This document shows, in pieces, positions 1 through 9,344 of a stretch of 59,022 nt of DNA (its first letter is position 1; every line of letters starts with the position of its first letter). A program made the position numbers and the translations under genes. Source of the stretch: Bdellovibrionia bacterium (GTDB lineage: Bacteria > Bdellovibrionota > Bdellovibrionia > Bdellovibrionales > UBA1609); the NCBI GenBank assembly GCA_030432925.1, contig JAUILT010000003.1:1-59022 (forward strand), given 5' to 3'. The notes under the pieces were generated by a model. The model searched no databases and was not told the origin of the DNA. It worked only from the letters and a program-made list of their open reading frames with translations.

Positions 1-20
1 TAAATTTTAATACTCTTAAA

Positions 21-56
21 AAAGGGCCTATTTTCGATAGGCCCTTTTTATTTTTC
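21..56 (+). terminator. Rho-independent terminator-like hairpin for a gene ending left of the window
   Basis: Perfect 8-bp stem GGGCCTAT (24-31) / ATAGGCCC (37-44) with a 5-nt loop. It is preceded by an A-run and followed by TTTTTATTTTT, so it could act in either direction. Confidence 0.7.
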
Positions 57-58
57 CC

Positions 59-1579
59 ATGCCCAAAAAGCTAATTGTTGTTTTCCTTTTGACACTTACC
101 AGCTCATGCGGTGTCTTCACCTCTACTATCCCACAACCAAAAAAGGAGTTTCGAGGGGTTTGGGTGGCCACTGTAGTGAACATTGACTGGCCTAAAAATG
201 GGTCGGATTCGGTCGAAAAACAAAAAGAGGATTTCATAAAAATTCTGGATTTTTATAAGGACTTAAACTATAATGCCGTCATCGTGCAAGTCCGCGCAGC
301 AGGGGATGCTTTCTACGCTTCGGAATATGCACCGTGGTCCCGATTCCTGACAGGAGAAGAAGGTGAAAACACCAAATGGAAACAAGACCCTTTGGCATGG
401 ATGATCGAACAGGCCCATATCCGTGGTTTGGAATTTCACGCTTGGTTAAATCCCTACAGGGCCACCTTTGATTTAAATACCGATATTCTAAGTCCGGACC
501 ATGATTATAATGTAAATCCGGATTGGATGGTCAAATACGGGACCAAATATTATTACAATCCCGGATTGCCTCTGGTACAGGAAAAACTGACTTCAATTAT
601 AAAGGAACTGACCCTCAAATATGATATTGACGGTATTCACTTTGATGACTATTTCTATCCCTATACCATTAAGGACGAAGTGTTTAATGACAGTATCACC
701 TTTTACAACTGTTCCCAACCCCAGCAGTCTTTGGCCGACTGGCGGCGTAGCAACGTGGACACCCTCATTAAAAAAAGTTATACCGCGATAAAGGATATCA
801 AACCGTGGGTATCTTTTGGGGTGAGTCCGTTTGGCGTTTGGAAGAACAAGTCTACGGACCCACGGGGATCCGAAACCCAAGCGGGCCAGACCACCTATGA
901 TAATCTCTATGCCGACCCGCTCCTGTGGATGCAAAATGGCTGGTTGGACTACATAGCCCCGCAAATCTACTGGAGCTTAGACCTTCCTGTGGCCTCCCAT
1001 AAAATCCTTGTGGATTGGTGGGCAGACAATAGTGCCAATACAAATGTATTCATTGGGAATGGGGCGTACAAAGTCCGAAATAATAGCGACCAAGCCTGGG
1101 AGAAAAAAAAGGAATTACCCAACCAATTTAAATTGGCCAGACAGACCCAGGAAATCAATGGGAACATCGTTTTCAGTGCAAAATCCCTGATGGAAAATAA
1201 TCCGGACGTGGTTTCCTATTTGAAAAAAAAGTATTACAAATGGCCGGTCCTTACACCTGAAATTAGCAGTGGGCAAAAGTCACCTTTGGCAAACATTGAC
1301 ATTATCGGTACGGTTCAAACGGATGATTTTGTGTCGTTGACCATAGCGAACAACAATGCAATCAGGTATGCACTTGTATATACATCGGGAAAAAAAACGG
1401 CATCGGAACTAAAAGCCAAGAAACTTCTTAATAAGATTTTTATTGCAACGGAATCGAATCGGGTCCAAATACCAAAATCGGTTTTAAAAGGAAAGCGTTT
1501 TGCGGTTACCTTTTTAGATGATTTCGGTAGGGAATCCGAACCTACAATCATACATTTAAAACAAACAGCAGAGAAATGA
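59..1579 (+). CDS. Glycoside hydrolase-like 10 (GHL10/DUF4015-type) family lipoprotein
   Basis: 506-aa ORF. The N-terminus looks like a lipoprotein signal (LTLTSSC). FRGVWVATVVNIDWP, NAVIVQVRAAGDAFY and EFHAWLNPYRA are typical of GHL10 TIM-barrel proteins. Codon usage is AT-rich. Confidence 0.7.
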   Translation: MPKKLIVVFLLTLTSSCGVFTSTIPQPKKEFRGVWVATVVNIDWPKNGSDSVEKQKEDFIKILDFYKDLNYNAVIVQVRAAGDAFYASEYAPWSRFLTGEEGENTKWKQDPLAWMIEQAHIRGLEFHAWLNPYRATFDLNTDILSPDHDYNVNPDWMVKYGTKYYYNPGLPLVQEKLTSIIKELTLKYDIDGIHFDDYFYPYTIKDEVFNDSITFYNCSQPQQSLADWRRSNVDTLIKKSYTAIKDIKPWVSFGVSPFGVWKNKSTDPRGSETQAGQTTYDNLYADPLLWMQNGWLDYIAPQIYWSLDLPVASHKILVDWWADNSANTNVFIGNGAYKVRNNSDQAWEKKKELPNQFKLARQTQEINGNIVFSAKSLMENNPDVVSYLKKKYYKWPVLTPEISSGQKSPLANIDIIGTVQTDDFVSLTIANNNAIRYALVYTSGKKTASELKAKKLLNKIFIATESNRVQIPKSVLKGKRFAVTFLDDFGRESEPTIIHLKQTAEK

Positions 1580-2835
1580 TTCAAAAAAATAAGTGGGCCT
1601 GGGCCTGGGTTCCTACGCTTTATTTTGCACAAGGCCTACCTTATGCACTTGTGGTTACCGTTTCAGTAATTATGTATAAGAGATTAGGTTTTAGTAATGC
1701 CGATCTAGGTTTATATACCAGCTTACTCTATATTCCTTGGGTCATAAAACCTTTGTGGAGCCCTTTTGTAGATTTGAAGAGTACCAAGCGTAATTGGTTT
1801 TTGGGAATGCAACTTTTGGCCTCAGTGGCACTTTTGGCAATAGGATTTACTTTGCCTACTAATATTTTCTTTGTTACTAGCTTGGCCTGTTTTTGGGTAG
1901 TAGCATTTGGATCGGCTACCAATGATATTGCCACGGACGGTTATTACATGATTGGACTAACAGAAGACAAACAGTCCTTTTTTGTAGGATTGAGAAGTGT
2001 TTTTTACAAATTGGCAAACGTTACCGGACAGGGTCTTCTAGTAGTTTTTGCAGGGTTTTTGGAAAACAAATATGGAGACAATACAAAAGCATGGTCATAT
2101 ACCATGATTTGTGCTGGGTCTTTAATGCTGCTTGTGACGCTCATAAACTTTATTGACACTCCAAAATTTGAAAGCTCCAAAGCAATTACACTCGAAAAAC
2201 CAAAGGGATTTTTGGAGGTTTTCATTTCCTTTTTCAGAAAACCCGGCATGGGAATGGCAATAGCTTTTATTTTGTTCTTTAGATTGGGAGAATCGCAATT
2301 GGTAAAAATGGCTTCGCCTTTCCTTTTAGATCCAATCTCAGCCGGTGGCTTGGATTATAGCACATCCGAAGTAGGCACTATTTACGGAACAATTGGAGTC
2401 ATATTTTTAACCGTAGGTGGTATTTTGGGTGGTATTTTAATTTCTAAGCATGGTCTTAAAAAATGGATGTTGCCCATGCTCATCTCTCTAAATGCTCCAA
2501 ATGCACTCTACGCTATACTGGCCATCAGCGGAACTACCGCGACATGGGCTGTTACAGGGACAGTAATTGTTGAGCAATTTGGTTATGGTTTCGGAATAGC
2601 TGGGTTTATGGTATACTTAATCTATGTTGCTGAAGGAAACTCTAAAACCTCGCATTATGCCCTTGCCACGGGGTTCATGGCCTTGGGGATGATGTTGCCG
2701 GGTCTAATTAGTGGCTTTATGCAGGAGTGGCTAGGATATGAAGGTTTTTTCATATGGGTAGTCCTTGCCGCACTTCCAGCATTTATTTTACTTAGATATA
2801 TTAACTATCCAGCGGACTTTGGGAAAGCTAAATAG
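1576..2835 (+). CDS. ampG: AmpG-family MFS muropeptide permease
   Basis: 419-aa polytopic membrane ORF. The N-terminal W..VPTLYFAQGLPYALV and LLYIPWVIKPLWSPFVD resemble AmpG/MFS_1-like permeases. Its start overlaps the upstream stop in an ATGA arrangement. Confidence 0.7.
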   Translation: MIQKNKWAWAWVPTLYFAQGLPYALVVTVSVIMYKRLGFSNADLGLYTSLLYIPWVIKPLWSPFVDLKSTKRNWFLGMQLLASVALLAIGFTLPTNIFFVTSLACFWVVAFGSATNDIATDGYYMIGLTEDKQSFFVGLRSVFYKLANVTGQGLLVVFAGFLENKYGDNTKAWSYTMICAGSLMLLVTLINFIDTPKFESSKAITLEKPKGFLEVFISFFRKPGMGMAIAFILFFRLGESQLVKMASPFLLDPISAGGLDYSTSEVGTIYGTIGVIFLTVGGILGGILISKHGLKKWMLPMLISLNAPNALYAILAISGTTATWAVTGTVIVEQFGYGFGIAGFMVYLIYVAEGNSKTSHYALATGFMALGMMLPGLISGFMQEWLGYEGFFIWVVLAALPAFILLRYINYPADFGKAK

Positions 2836-2840
2836 AACAA

Positions 2841-3281
2841 ATGAATAAAATACTTGAATACGATAAAGCAAAAGATAAACTTTTGTTGAAAGAAAAAATA
2901 GCACAATTCTTTATGCCCGCAGCATTCATCAATGATACGGAAGAAGAAATACAGGCCTTGGAAACCCTGATAAGGGATCATGGTATTGGGGGCATTTGCT
3001 TTTTTCATTCGAGGGCGAGTGCAGCAACCAATTACGAGGGAAAAAAGGAGGTAGTATGGAATGACAAAAGCTTTGAAACCCTCGTTGAGAAGGCCAAATC
3101 CACTACAGATCTCAAGCGTCGGACGGCATTGTATGAGAAGGCTCAGGAAGTTTTTAAGCAGGAAGTGCCTTGGGTCACGGTGGCGCATGCCACTGTTTTT
3201 AAAGCGATGTCACCAAAGGTTAAGGGTTATCAAATCAGTCCATTTGGAACTGAGGATTTTACAAAAATTGAATTGAAGTAG
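2841..3281 (+). pseudogene. Chimeric ORF: a GH3 (NagZ-like) N-terminal fragment fused in frame to the extreme C-terminus of a family-5 (DppA/OppA-like) ABC substrate-binding protein
   Basis: Residues 1-~70 (FFMPAAFINDTEEEIQALETLIRDHGIGGICFFHSRASAATNYEGKK) read like the start of a GH3 hexosaminidase. Residues ~73-146 (WNDKSFETLVEKAKSTTDLKRRTALYEKAQEVFKQEVPWVTVAHATVFKAMSPKVKGYQISPFG) read like the last ~75 aa of an SBP_bac_5 protein. Neither part is long enough to be functional. Confidence 0.6.
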
Positions 3282-3287
3282 TCGTCG

Positions 3288-4301
3288 ATGTTCCAGCTGA
3301 TTCTCCGCCGTTTGATCACTGCCATTCCCACATTTCTGGGGGTGTCGGTAGTGGCTTTTCTTTTGATTCGTCTTGTTCCGGGGGATCCAGTGGAATTGAT
3401 GATCGGTGAGCGAGGGGCCTCTCCCGAAGTCATGGCAGAGATGCGTAGTAATCTGGGGTTGGACCGCCCTTTGGCTGTTCAGTATATTTCGTTTTTGAAG
3501 AGTGCTATTACATTTGATTTGGGAACATCTATTATTTCCAAAAAACCGGTGATAGATGAATTTCTTGCGAGATTTCCTGCCACAGTGGAACTTTCCATTG
3601 TCGGACTGTTTTTTGCCATTCTTTTAGGTGTACCCCTGGGAATTTTGGCTGCGGTCAAACGCAATTCATTTCTGGATTATTTTTTCATGGGCGGGGCGTT
3701 GGTAGGATATTCTATGCCGATTTTCTGGTGGGGTCTTATTTTGATCTTGGTATTTTCTGTACACTTGGGAGTGACCCCTGTGGCAGGAAGAGTGTCAGTA
3801 TTTTTTGATATTCCACCGGTCACTGGCTTTATGTTGATCGACAGCCTTCTCAGCGAAGACAGATGGGAGGCCTTTCATAGCAGTGTGATGCACCTACTTT
3901 TACCAGCTTTGGCACTGGGAACGATTCCTTTGGCGGCCATTGCTCGCATGACCCGTTCCAGCCTGCTTGAAGTTCTGAAAGAGGACTACATACGAACAGC
4001 TAAAGCAAAGGGTCTGACAGCCTACAGAATTATTATTGTCCATGCGTTGAGAAATGCCCTGATTCCTATTGTTACTGTTATTGGAGTGATGGTTGGAACA
4101 TTATTAACCGGGGCTATTTTAACAGAAACCATCTTTTCGTGGCCGGGTATTGGTCGCTGGCTTGTGACCAGTGTTACTTCTAGGGACTACCCAGTGATAC
4201 AAGGAGGGGTGTGGTTGATTTCTGCAATTATTATTCTGGTGAATCTCATTGTGGATATGATTTATATGTGGATCAACCCACATATGAGGGAGTTATCATG
4301 A
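3288..4301 (+). CDS. Peptide/nickel ABC transporter permease (DppB/OppB-like)
   Basis: 337-aa ORF with 6 TM segments. It has the binding-protein-dependent transport signature region EDYIRTAKAKGL. It follows the SBP fragment. Confidence 0.9.
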   Translation: MFQLILRRLITAIPTFLGVSVVAFLLIRLVPGDPVELMIGERGASPEVMAEMRSNLGLDRPLAVQYISFLKSAITFDLGTSIISKKPVIDEFLARFPATVELSIVGLFFAILLGVPLGILAAVKRNSFLDYFFMGGALVGYSMPIFWWGLILILVFSVHLGVTPVAGRVSVFFDIPPVTGFMLIDSLLSEDRWEAFHSSVMHLLLPALALGTIPLAAIARMTRSSLLEVLKEDYIRTAKAKGLTAYRIIIVHALRNALIPIVTVIGVMVGTLLTGAILTETIFSWPGIGRWLVTSVTSRDYPVIQGGVWLISAIIILVNLIVDMIYMWINPHMRELS

Positions 4302-5179
4302 AGCCAGAAGATCTGCTGGGGGGGCGTTGGCTTCAGGTAAAGCGTTCACTTTCAAAAAACAAAGGGGCCATGGTTTCTCTGATAATTTTATTTGTGTTTG
4401 TATTTTTGGCTATCTTTGCGCCTTTGGTGGCTCCTTACTTACCATCTACCGTCAATGATGCTGGCGTGATTGTTCCACCAGCATTTACGACAGGGGGCTC
4501 TGGACAGTTTCTTCTTGGAACTGATGACCTAGGTAGAGACCTCTTTAGTCGCTTGGTGTATGGGTCTCGAGTGTCATTGGGTGTAGGATTTATGGTGGTG
4601 TTTTTATCTGTTTTATTTGGGGTGCTGCTTGGCTTAACAGCAGGCTATTGGGGAGGTTGGGTAGACTCCACTATCATGCGTTGTGTAGATATTTTAATGT
4701 CATTGCCCAGTATTCTTCTGGCCATTGTCGTGGTATCCATTCTTGGCCCGTCGCTTTTTAATGCGGTGATTGCTGTAAGTGTGGTGTCCTTGCCTGGGTT
4801 TATACGGATCGTTCGGGCCGCCGTTTTAGCAGAAAAGTCAAAAACTTATGTGAGTGCCTCTCATGGGTTCGGGGCCAGCCACACTCGCGTGGCCTTATTG
4901 AATATTCTACCCAACTGTCTTGCTCCAATTATTGTTCAAGCCACATTGGGCTTTAGTGATGGTATTTTAAATGTGGCCGCCTTGGGTTTTTTGGGGCTTG
5001 GGGCCCAACCTCCCACTCCTGAGTGGGGGGTGATGCTTTCAGATGCAAGGGCCTACATTGAAAGCTCCTGGTGGCTGGTTACTTTGCCGGGTCTTTGTAT
5101 TTTAATTGTTGTATTATGCTTTAATATTTTGGGAGATGGTCTGAGAGATGCATTAGATCCCAAGCTGAAATCACAATAA
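4298..5179 (+). CDS. Peptide/nickel ABC transporter permease (DppC/OppC-like)
   Basis: I chose the ATG at 4298, which overlaps the upstream stop (ATGA) and sits behind GAGGGAG. Motifs LGTDDLGRDLFSRLVYG and the permease EAA-like region are present. The track ORF starts earlier, at 4211. Confidence 0.88.
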   Translation: MKPEDLLGGRWLQVKRSLSKNKGAMVSLIILFVFVFLAIFAPLVAPYLPSTVNDAGVIVPPAFTTGGSGQFLLGTDDLGRDLFSRLVYGSRVSLGVGFMVVFLSVLFGVLLGLTAGYWGGWVDSTIMRCVDILMSLPSILLAIVVVSILGPSLFNAVIAVSVVSLPGFIRIVRAAVLAEKSKTYVSASHGFGASHTRVALLNILPNCLAPIIVQATLGFSDGILNVAALGFLGLGAQPPTPEWGVMLSDARAYIESSWWLVTLPGLCILIVVLCFNILGDGLRDALDPKLKSQ

Positions 5180-5189
5180 AGGTGTCCCA

Positions 5190-6278
5190 TTGGCCTCTGA
5201 AGAAATTGTCTATGAAAAAACAAAGGTTGTTTTTCAAAAGAAACTACCCACCATAAAAAAAATTACTGAAACCTTGGGGTTTTCACCTGATCGTGTTCTG
5301 GTTATCTACGACAGGAAGTTGGAAAAACAAGAGGCTATTGGAAAGTGGCTCGGAACGGGTAATAAACTGACTTACGCTGTAACTGCAGGAGAAAAACTCA
5401 AGGACCTAGAGGCATTTCCCGGGCATGTGAAAAAAATCATGAAACTGATTGGCCCTGTCAGTCCACAAAAAATAGTTGTTATTGGACTTGGTGGTGGAAC
5501 TGTCGGTGACTTCACCGGCTTTTTTGCAAGCGTATTTAAACGAGGAGTTTCGTTGGTACATGTTCCCTCCACTTTGCTGGCAGCCATCGACAGTGCTCAT
5601 GGTGGAAAAACAGCACTTAATGTGGCTTCTATTAAAAACCAAGTGGGCTCGTTTTATTTTGGTTCAGCTGTATTTATTTGTAAGGATATCTTTGCAACGA
5701 TTCCTCAACAGCAAATACATTCTTCGGCTGGAGAGCTAGCTAAAATGGCTTTATTGGCGGGGGGAGATTTCTTTTCAGAAGTCAAAGATACTTACTTTAC
5801 TGGGTTGGATGTGATGTGGAAGTACATGCCACAGACTATTGATAGCAAGTATAAAATTTTGCAACAGGACCCTTATGAAAAGTCAGGCGAGCGTCAATTA
5901 TTAAACCTTGGGCATACTTTTGGGCATCCTCTTGAAAGTTATTACGGGATTCCTCATGGAATGGCTGTAGGTTTGGGTTTGGTATTCAGCGTGCACTGGT
6001 CCCATCATCATGGTTATCTTAGCTTTAAGGACCAAGAAGTCGTGGTTGATTTTTTACATGATAAAATTGGCATACAAAAGCGTCACCAATTTTTGAAAAA
6101 CAGAAAAGCCCTGACACGTGCCAAGTTATTGAAGTTGGTATCTGAAGATAAGAAAATGACATCTCCCAACCATGTGAACTTTGTTTTTCTCGAAAAGGCC
6201 AGTAAGGTCTTTCGGAAGACCGTGACCATAGACTCATTCATTACCGAGGCAGCCAGGCAGGGATGGGTGACTTCGTGA
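5190..6278 (+). CDS. aroB: 3-dehydroquinate synthase
   Basis: 362-aa ORF with a TTG start in the track. It carries GLGGGTVGDFTGFFAS, VHVPSTLLAAIDSAHGGKTALN and LNLGHTFGHPLE. Confidence 0.9.
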   Translation: MASEEIVYEKTKVVFQKKLPTIKKITETLGFSPDRVLVIYDRKLEKQEAIGKWLGTGNKLTYAVTAGEKLKDLEAFPGHVKKIMKLIGPVSPQKIVVIGLGGGTVGDFTGFFASVFKRGVSLVHVPSTLLAAIDSAHGGKTALNVASIKNQVGSFYFGSAVFICKDIFATIPQQQIHSSAGELAKMALLAGGDFFSEVKDTYFTGLDVMWKYMPQTIDSKYKILQQDPYEKSGERQLLNLGHTFGHPLESYYGIPHGMAVGLGLVFSVHWSHHHGYLSFKDQEVVVDFLHDKIGIQKRHQFLKNRKALTRAKLLKLVSEDKKMTSPNHVNFVFLEKASKVFRKTVTIDSFITEAARQGWVTS

Positions 6279-7453
6279 GTTTTTCCTATTTGGGAACTGT
6301 ACCGGCCTCAAAATCACTCTTGAATCGGATGTTGGTTTGCCAGAGCTATTTTCCAGACCTTGTCATCCATGGGGCCAGCAACGCTGATGATGTGGTTTTG
6401 ATGAAAAAGGCCATTCAGGATATTCGTAGTGGAGTTAGGGAGATTGAGTGTGGCTATGCTGGCACAGTTTTGAGGTTTCTGGCTTTGAGAGTGGCCCGGC
6501 TTGGAGGTGAATGGTTTTTGAAGGCGCGCCCGGAGTTGCTGCAAAGGCCTCAGGAGAGTTTATTTCAAATCCTGGGGCAATTGAGTGTGGATTGGCAACT
6601 GGAATCTGATGGGCTTTGGATGCACTCAGAGGGATGGCAACTTCAAGGAGATGGGTTGCATGTTTCTATGCAAAAAAGCAGTCAGTTTATTAGTGCTGTT
6701 CTGCTTAATGGCTGGAATCTTTCAAAGGATCTTTTTATTTCAGTTCATTCTTGTTCCACTTCCCAGGGGTATCTTCAGATGACAAAAAAGCTTGTGCAAA
6801 GTCTGGGAATGAAACTCATTGAAAATGACCACGAGTTGGTAATTTGTGCGGGAGCCAATTGCCATCAATACGAGGTGTTTGTGGAGCCAGATATGAGTTC
6901 AACATTTGCTCTGTCCGCTGTGGCTGCTGTCAATGGCAATGCCACATTTCAGAATTTTCCAGAAGTCAGTCTTCAACCCGACATTGAGTTTGTGAAAGTT
7001 TTGCGGGCGATGGGCGTAAACATAACTCGTTCCGGTTCAATCTTAAAAGTCAATTCCACACCTAGTTTGAAAGGGTTGGAGTATGACGTGTCTACATGTC
7101 CAGATTTGTTTCCCTCATTGGCTACGTTATGTTGTCTGGCCAAAGGGGACTCCTACTTATATGGAGCACCTCACCTGAAGTTCAAGGAGTCCGATAGAAT
7201 TAAAAAAGTGGTCGAGCTGGTTCGGCCTTTGGGACGAGTCCTTGAACACACAGATGATGGGCTGAAGATTTCAGGGTCACTGACCAGTTCCAAAAATATT
7301 TCTCAATGGATTTTTGATCCAGCTCATGATCACCGAATGGCCATGGCCGCAGCCATTTTGATAAAAGTTGGATATTTGGTAAAATTGCTCCATCCAGAAG
7401 TGGTGACTAAAAGTTTTCCTGAGTTTTGGTCTGCCATTGGGGAGGTGGTATGA
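6263..7453 (+). CDS. aroA: 3-phosphoshikimate 1-carboxyvinyltransferase (EPSP synthase)
   Basis: 396-aa ORF with VPASKSLLNRMLV, LKFKESDRI and DHRMAMAAAIL. It overlaps the end of aroB. An alternative GTG start at 6275 forms GTGA with the aroB stop. Confidence 0.88.
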   Translation: MGDFVSFSYLGTVPASKSLLNRMLVCQSYFPDLVIHGASNADDVVLMKKAIQDIRSGVREIECGYAGTVLRFLALRVARLGGEWFLKARPELLQRPQESLFQILGQLSVDWQLESDGLWMHSEGWQLQGDGLHVSMQKSSQFISAVLLNGWNLSKDLFISVHSCSTSQGYLQMTKKLVQSLGMKLIENDHELVICAGANCHQYEVFVEPDMSSTFALSAVAAVNGNATFQNFPEVSLQPDIEFVKVLRAMGVNITRSGSILKVNSTPSLKGLEYDVSTCPDLFPSLATLCCLAKGDSYLYGAPHLKFKESDRIKKVVELVRPLGRVLEHTDDGLKISGSLTSSKNISQWIFDPAHDHRMAMAAAILIKVGYLVKLLHPEVVTKSFPEFWSAIGEVV

Positions 7454-9261
7454 CAACTTTTATTGTTGGCCATAGAGGTGTGGGTAAGTCTACATTTTTA
7501 CGCCGATTGAAAGTTTATTTTGAGAGAGTAAAGGCTGAGTGTATTTGTTTTGATTTAGACGAAGAGATAGAGCGTTTTGAACAATTGAGTGTATCTGAAA
7601 TTTTTCAAAAAAAAGGTGAGGCTTACTTTAGAACATTAGAGCAAAAAATGGCCGAAGACCTTTGTAAAAAAGATGGTAACGATCGACGTCCTTTATTTCT
7701 AGCAGTGGGAGCGGGTTTTCAAGGCCCCTTTCCTGATGAGACTCAAGTATTATGGTTACGGAGAGAAACCGACAAAGATGGCCGGATTTTTTTTGATCGT
7801 CCTCTTTTAGACGCTTCCAAAAAACCTTTGGATGATTATCTCAGCCACTTTGTTGATAGGGAGTACTTTTATTCTCAGGTGAGCGATGAGCAATTGATGA
7901 TGCCGGAAGGGTTTGAGAGAGAGGCTCCTTGGGAAGAAAATTTTTTGGGATTAGGAAAAAAACCAATAGGTGGATTTTTAACGCTATTTGAACAGGATTT
8001 AAAAAAGTTCTCTGGAGGAGAAACTTTTTTGGCCCGTCGGATGCATTGGGGAGTGGATCGGTTTGAGTTACGGGATGATCTTTTAGATGACGTTTTAATT
8101 CGATACGTTTTGGGGTTAATCCCTAAAGATCGTTTGATCATGAGCTTTCGTTCCAGATCTACTTCGATTTTACACTCTATAATAGATGACGGTTGTTACA
8201 TTGATTGGCCATTAGAAAAGGGCTCATGTCCTTTCTCAGGTCCCACAGTCCTTTCGCTCCATACGCGTGAGAGTAGTTTACAAGATACATTGTTGCGCTT
8301 TGAAGAGAGTGCTCCACAAGAGTCTCACCTTAAACTTGCTGTGGAAATTAATACCTTACAGGAACTTTATGAAGGCCATCTTTGGTGGAGAGAGAACGCT
8401 GGACAACGAAGTTTTTTACCAGTTTCTCATGATGGGCGTTGGCGTTGGTACAGAAGTCTTTTTGGACGTCAGATGAAAGTGGGTTTTTTTAGAGAGGGAG
8501 AGGGATCTTGCTTAGACCAGCCTTATCTTTCTGAGTGGATACGGGCCTATCGGAATTTTATTCATTTTGGAGCTGTTTTGGGAGACCCTGTACATCACAG
8601 TCAGTCTCCAGCAGAGCAGAATCATTTTTTTGCTTCTCATCAGATGCCTTTTGTGGCCATTAATATTGAAGATCGTGGAGACTTTCAGTTTCACTTGGAG
8701 ATTTTACGAAAAATGGGCCTGAGGGCCGCCGCGGTCACAGCCCCCTACAAGCAAAGAGCTTTTGAGGCCTGTAATGAAGTACAAAAGCAGGCTGCTTCTG
8801 TTAAATCTGTAAATACTCTTTTATATAAAGAAGATGATCAGCAGTGGATCGGAGGGAATACGGATCTTGATGGGTTACAAACTGTCAAAGACCTTTACCC
8901 AGAGTTGGGAGACGGCGAGGGCTGTATTATTTGGGGAGGAGGAGGAACCCAAGGGGCTATGGAAAAGCTTTTACCAAAGGCTACAAAGTATTCCGCTCGG
9001 CAGGCAACTCCTGTGATGGGTCAAAAAGAGTTGGATCACCCTAAGGTAGTTGTTTGGGCCGTGGGCCGCAGTCGTCAAGAGCACTGTGGGTGGCCAAACC
9101 CCAGTTGGAGGCCCCAATTTGTATTTGACCTTAATTATAGCATGGACTCTCCAGGGAGAGAGTATGCTATAGAGTGCGGTGCGGAATATATCAGTGGGCG
9201 GACTTTATTTCAGTCACAAGCTCGGGCACAACAGCGGTTCTGGATTGAGCACAAGCTGTAA
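7450..9261 (+). CDS. Trifunctional fusion: shikimate kinase, type I 3-dehydroquinase-like domain, shikimate dehydrogenase
   Basis: The ATG at 7450 overlaps the aroA stop (ATGA). The N-terminal domain has GHRGVGKST, FDLDEEIE and YFRTLE (AroK). The middle domain has VDRFELRDDLLDD, VLSLHTRE and HLKLAVE (AroD-like, Schiff-base Lys context). The C-terminal domain has LGDPVHHSQSPAEQN, VTAPYKQ, GGNTDLDG and WGGGGTQGA (AroE). Confidence 0.85.
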   Translation: MTTFIVGHRGVGKSTFLRRLKVYFERVKAECICFDLDEEIERFEQLSVSEIFQKKGEAYFRTLEQKMAEDLCKKDGNDRRPLFLAVGAGFQGPFPDETQVLWLRRETDKDGRIFFDRPLLDASKKPLDDYLSHFVDREYFYSQVSDEQLMMPEGFEREAPWEENFLGLGKKPIGGFLTLFEQDLKKFSGGETFLARRMHWGVDRFELRDDLLDDVLIRYVLGLIPKDRLIMSFRSRSTSILHSIIDDGCYIDWPLEKGSCPFSGPTVLSLHTRESSLQDTLLRFEESAPQESHLKLAVEINTLQELYEGHLWWRENAGQRSFLPVSHDGRWRWYRSLFGRQMKVGFFREGEGSCLDQPYLSEWIRAYRNFIHFGAVLGDPVHHSQSPAEQNHFFASHQMPFVAINIEDRGDFQFHLEILRKMGLRAAAVTAPYKQRAFEACNEVQKQAASVKSVNTLLYKEDDQQWIGGNTDLDGLQTVKDLYPELGDGEGCIIWGGGGTQGAMEKLLPKATKYSARQATPVMGQKELDHPKVVVWAVGRSRQEHCGWPNPSWRPQFVFDLNYSMDSPGREYAIECGAEYISGRTLFQSQARAQQRFWIEHKL

Positions 9262-9287
9262 AAATTCAAACCGAATCAGTATAAAAC
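9261..9287 (+). repeat. Copy 1 of the recurrent intergenic motif (consensus AAAATTCAAACCGGATCGGTATA)
   Basis: Sequence aaaattcaaaccgaatcagtataaaac. It starts on the last base of the stop codon of the aroK/D/E fusion. Confidence 0.7.
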
Positions 9288-9344
9288 GGGCCTCTTTAAT
9301 TGCGCATTTTAGCAGCAGTTGTTAGTGTGATTGCCTAAAACTTT

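Noticed and set aside
593-964. 123-aa minus-strand ORF, plus several other antisense or alternate-frame ORFs listed in the track (for example 11683-12018, 16300-16593, 22429-22704, 36676-37095, 39882-40229, 41752-42189, 42742-43191, 46647-46970)
   Set aside because: Each lies wholly inside a well-supported CDS on the other strand or in another frame. They have low-complexity or atypical composition and no recognisable motif.
1309-1325. ggttcaaacggatgatt, resembling the motif, inside the GHL10 gene
   Set aside because: The match is partial, lies within a CDS, and is in the compositionally distinct left block. It is probably coincidental.
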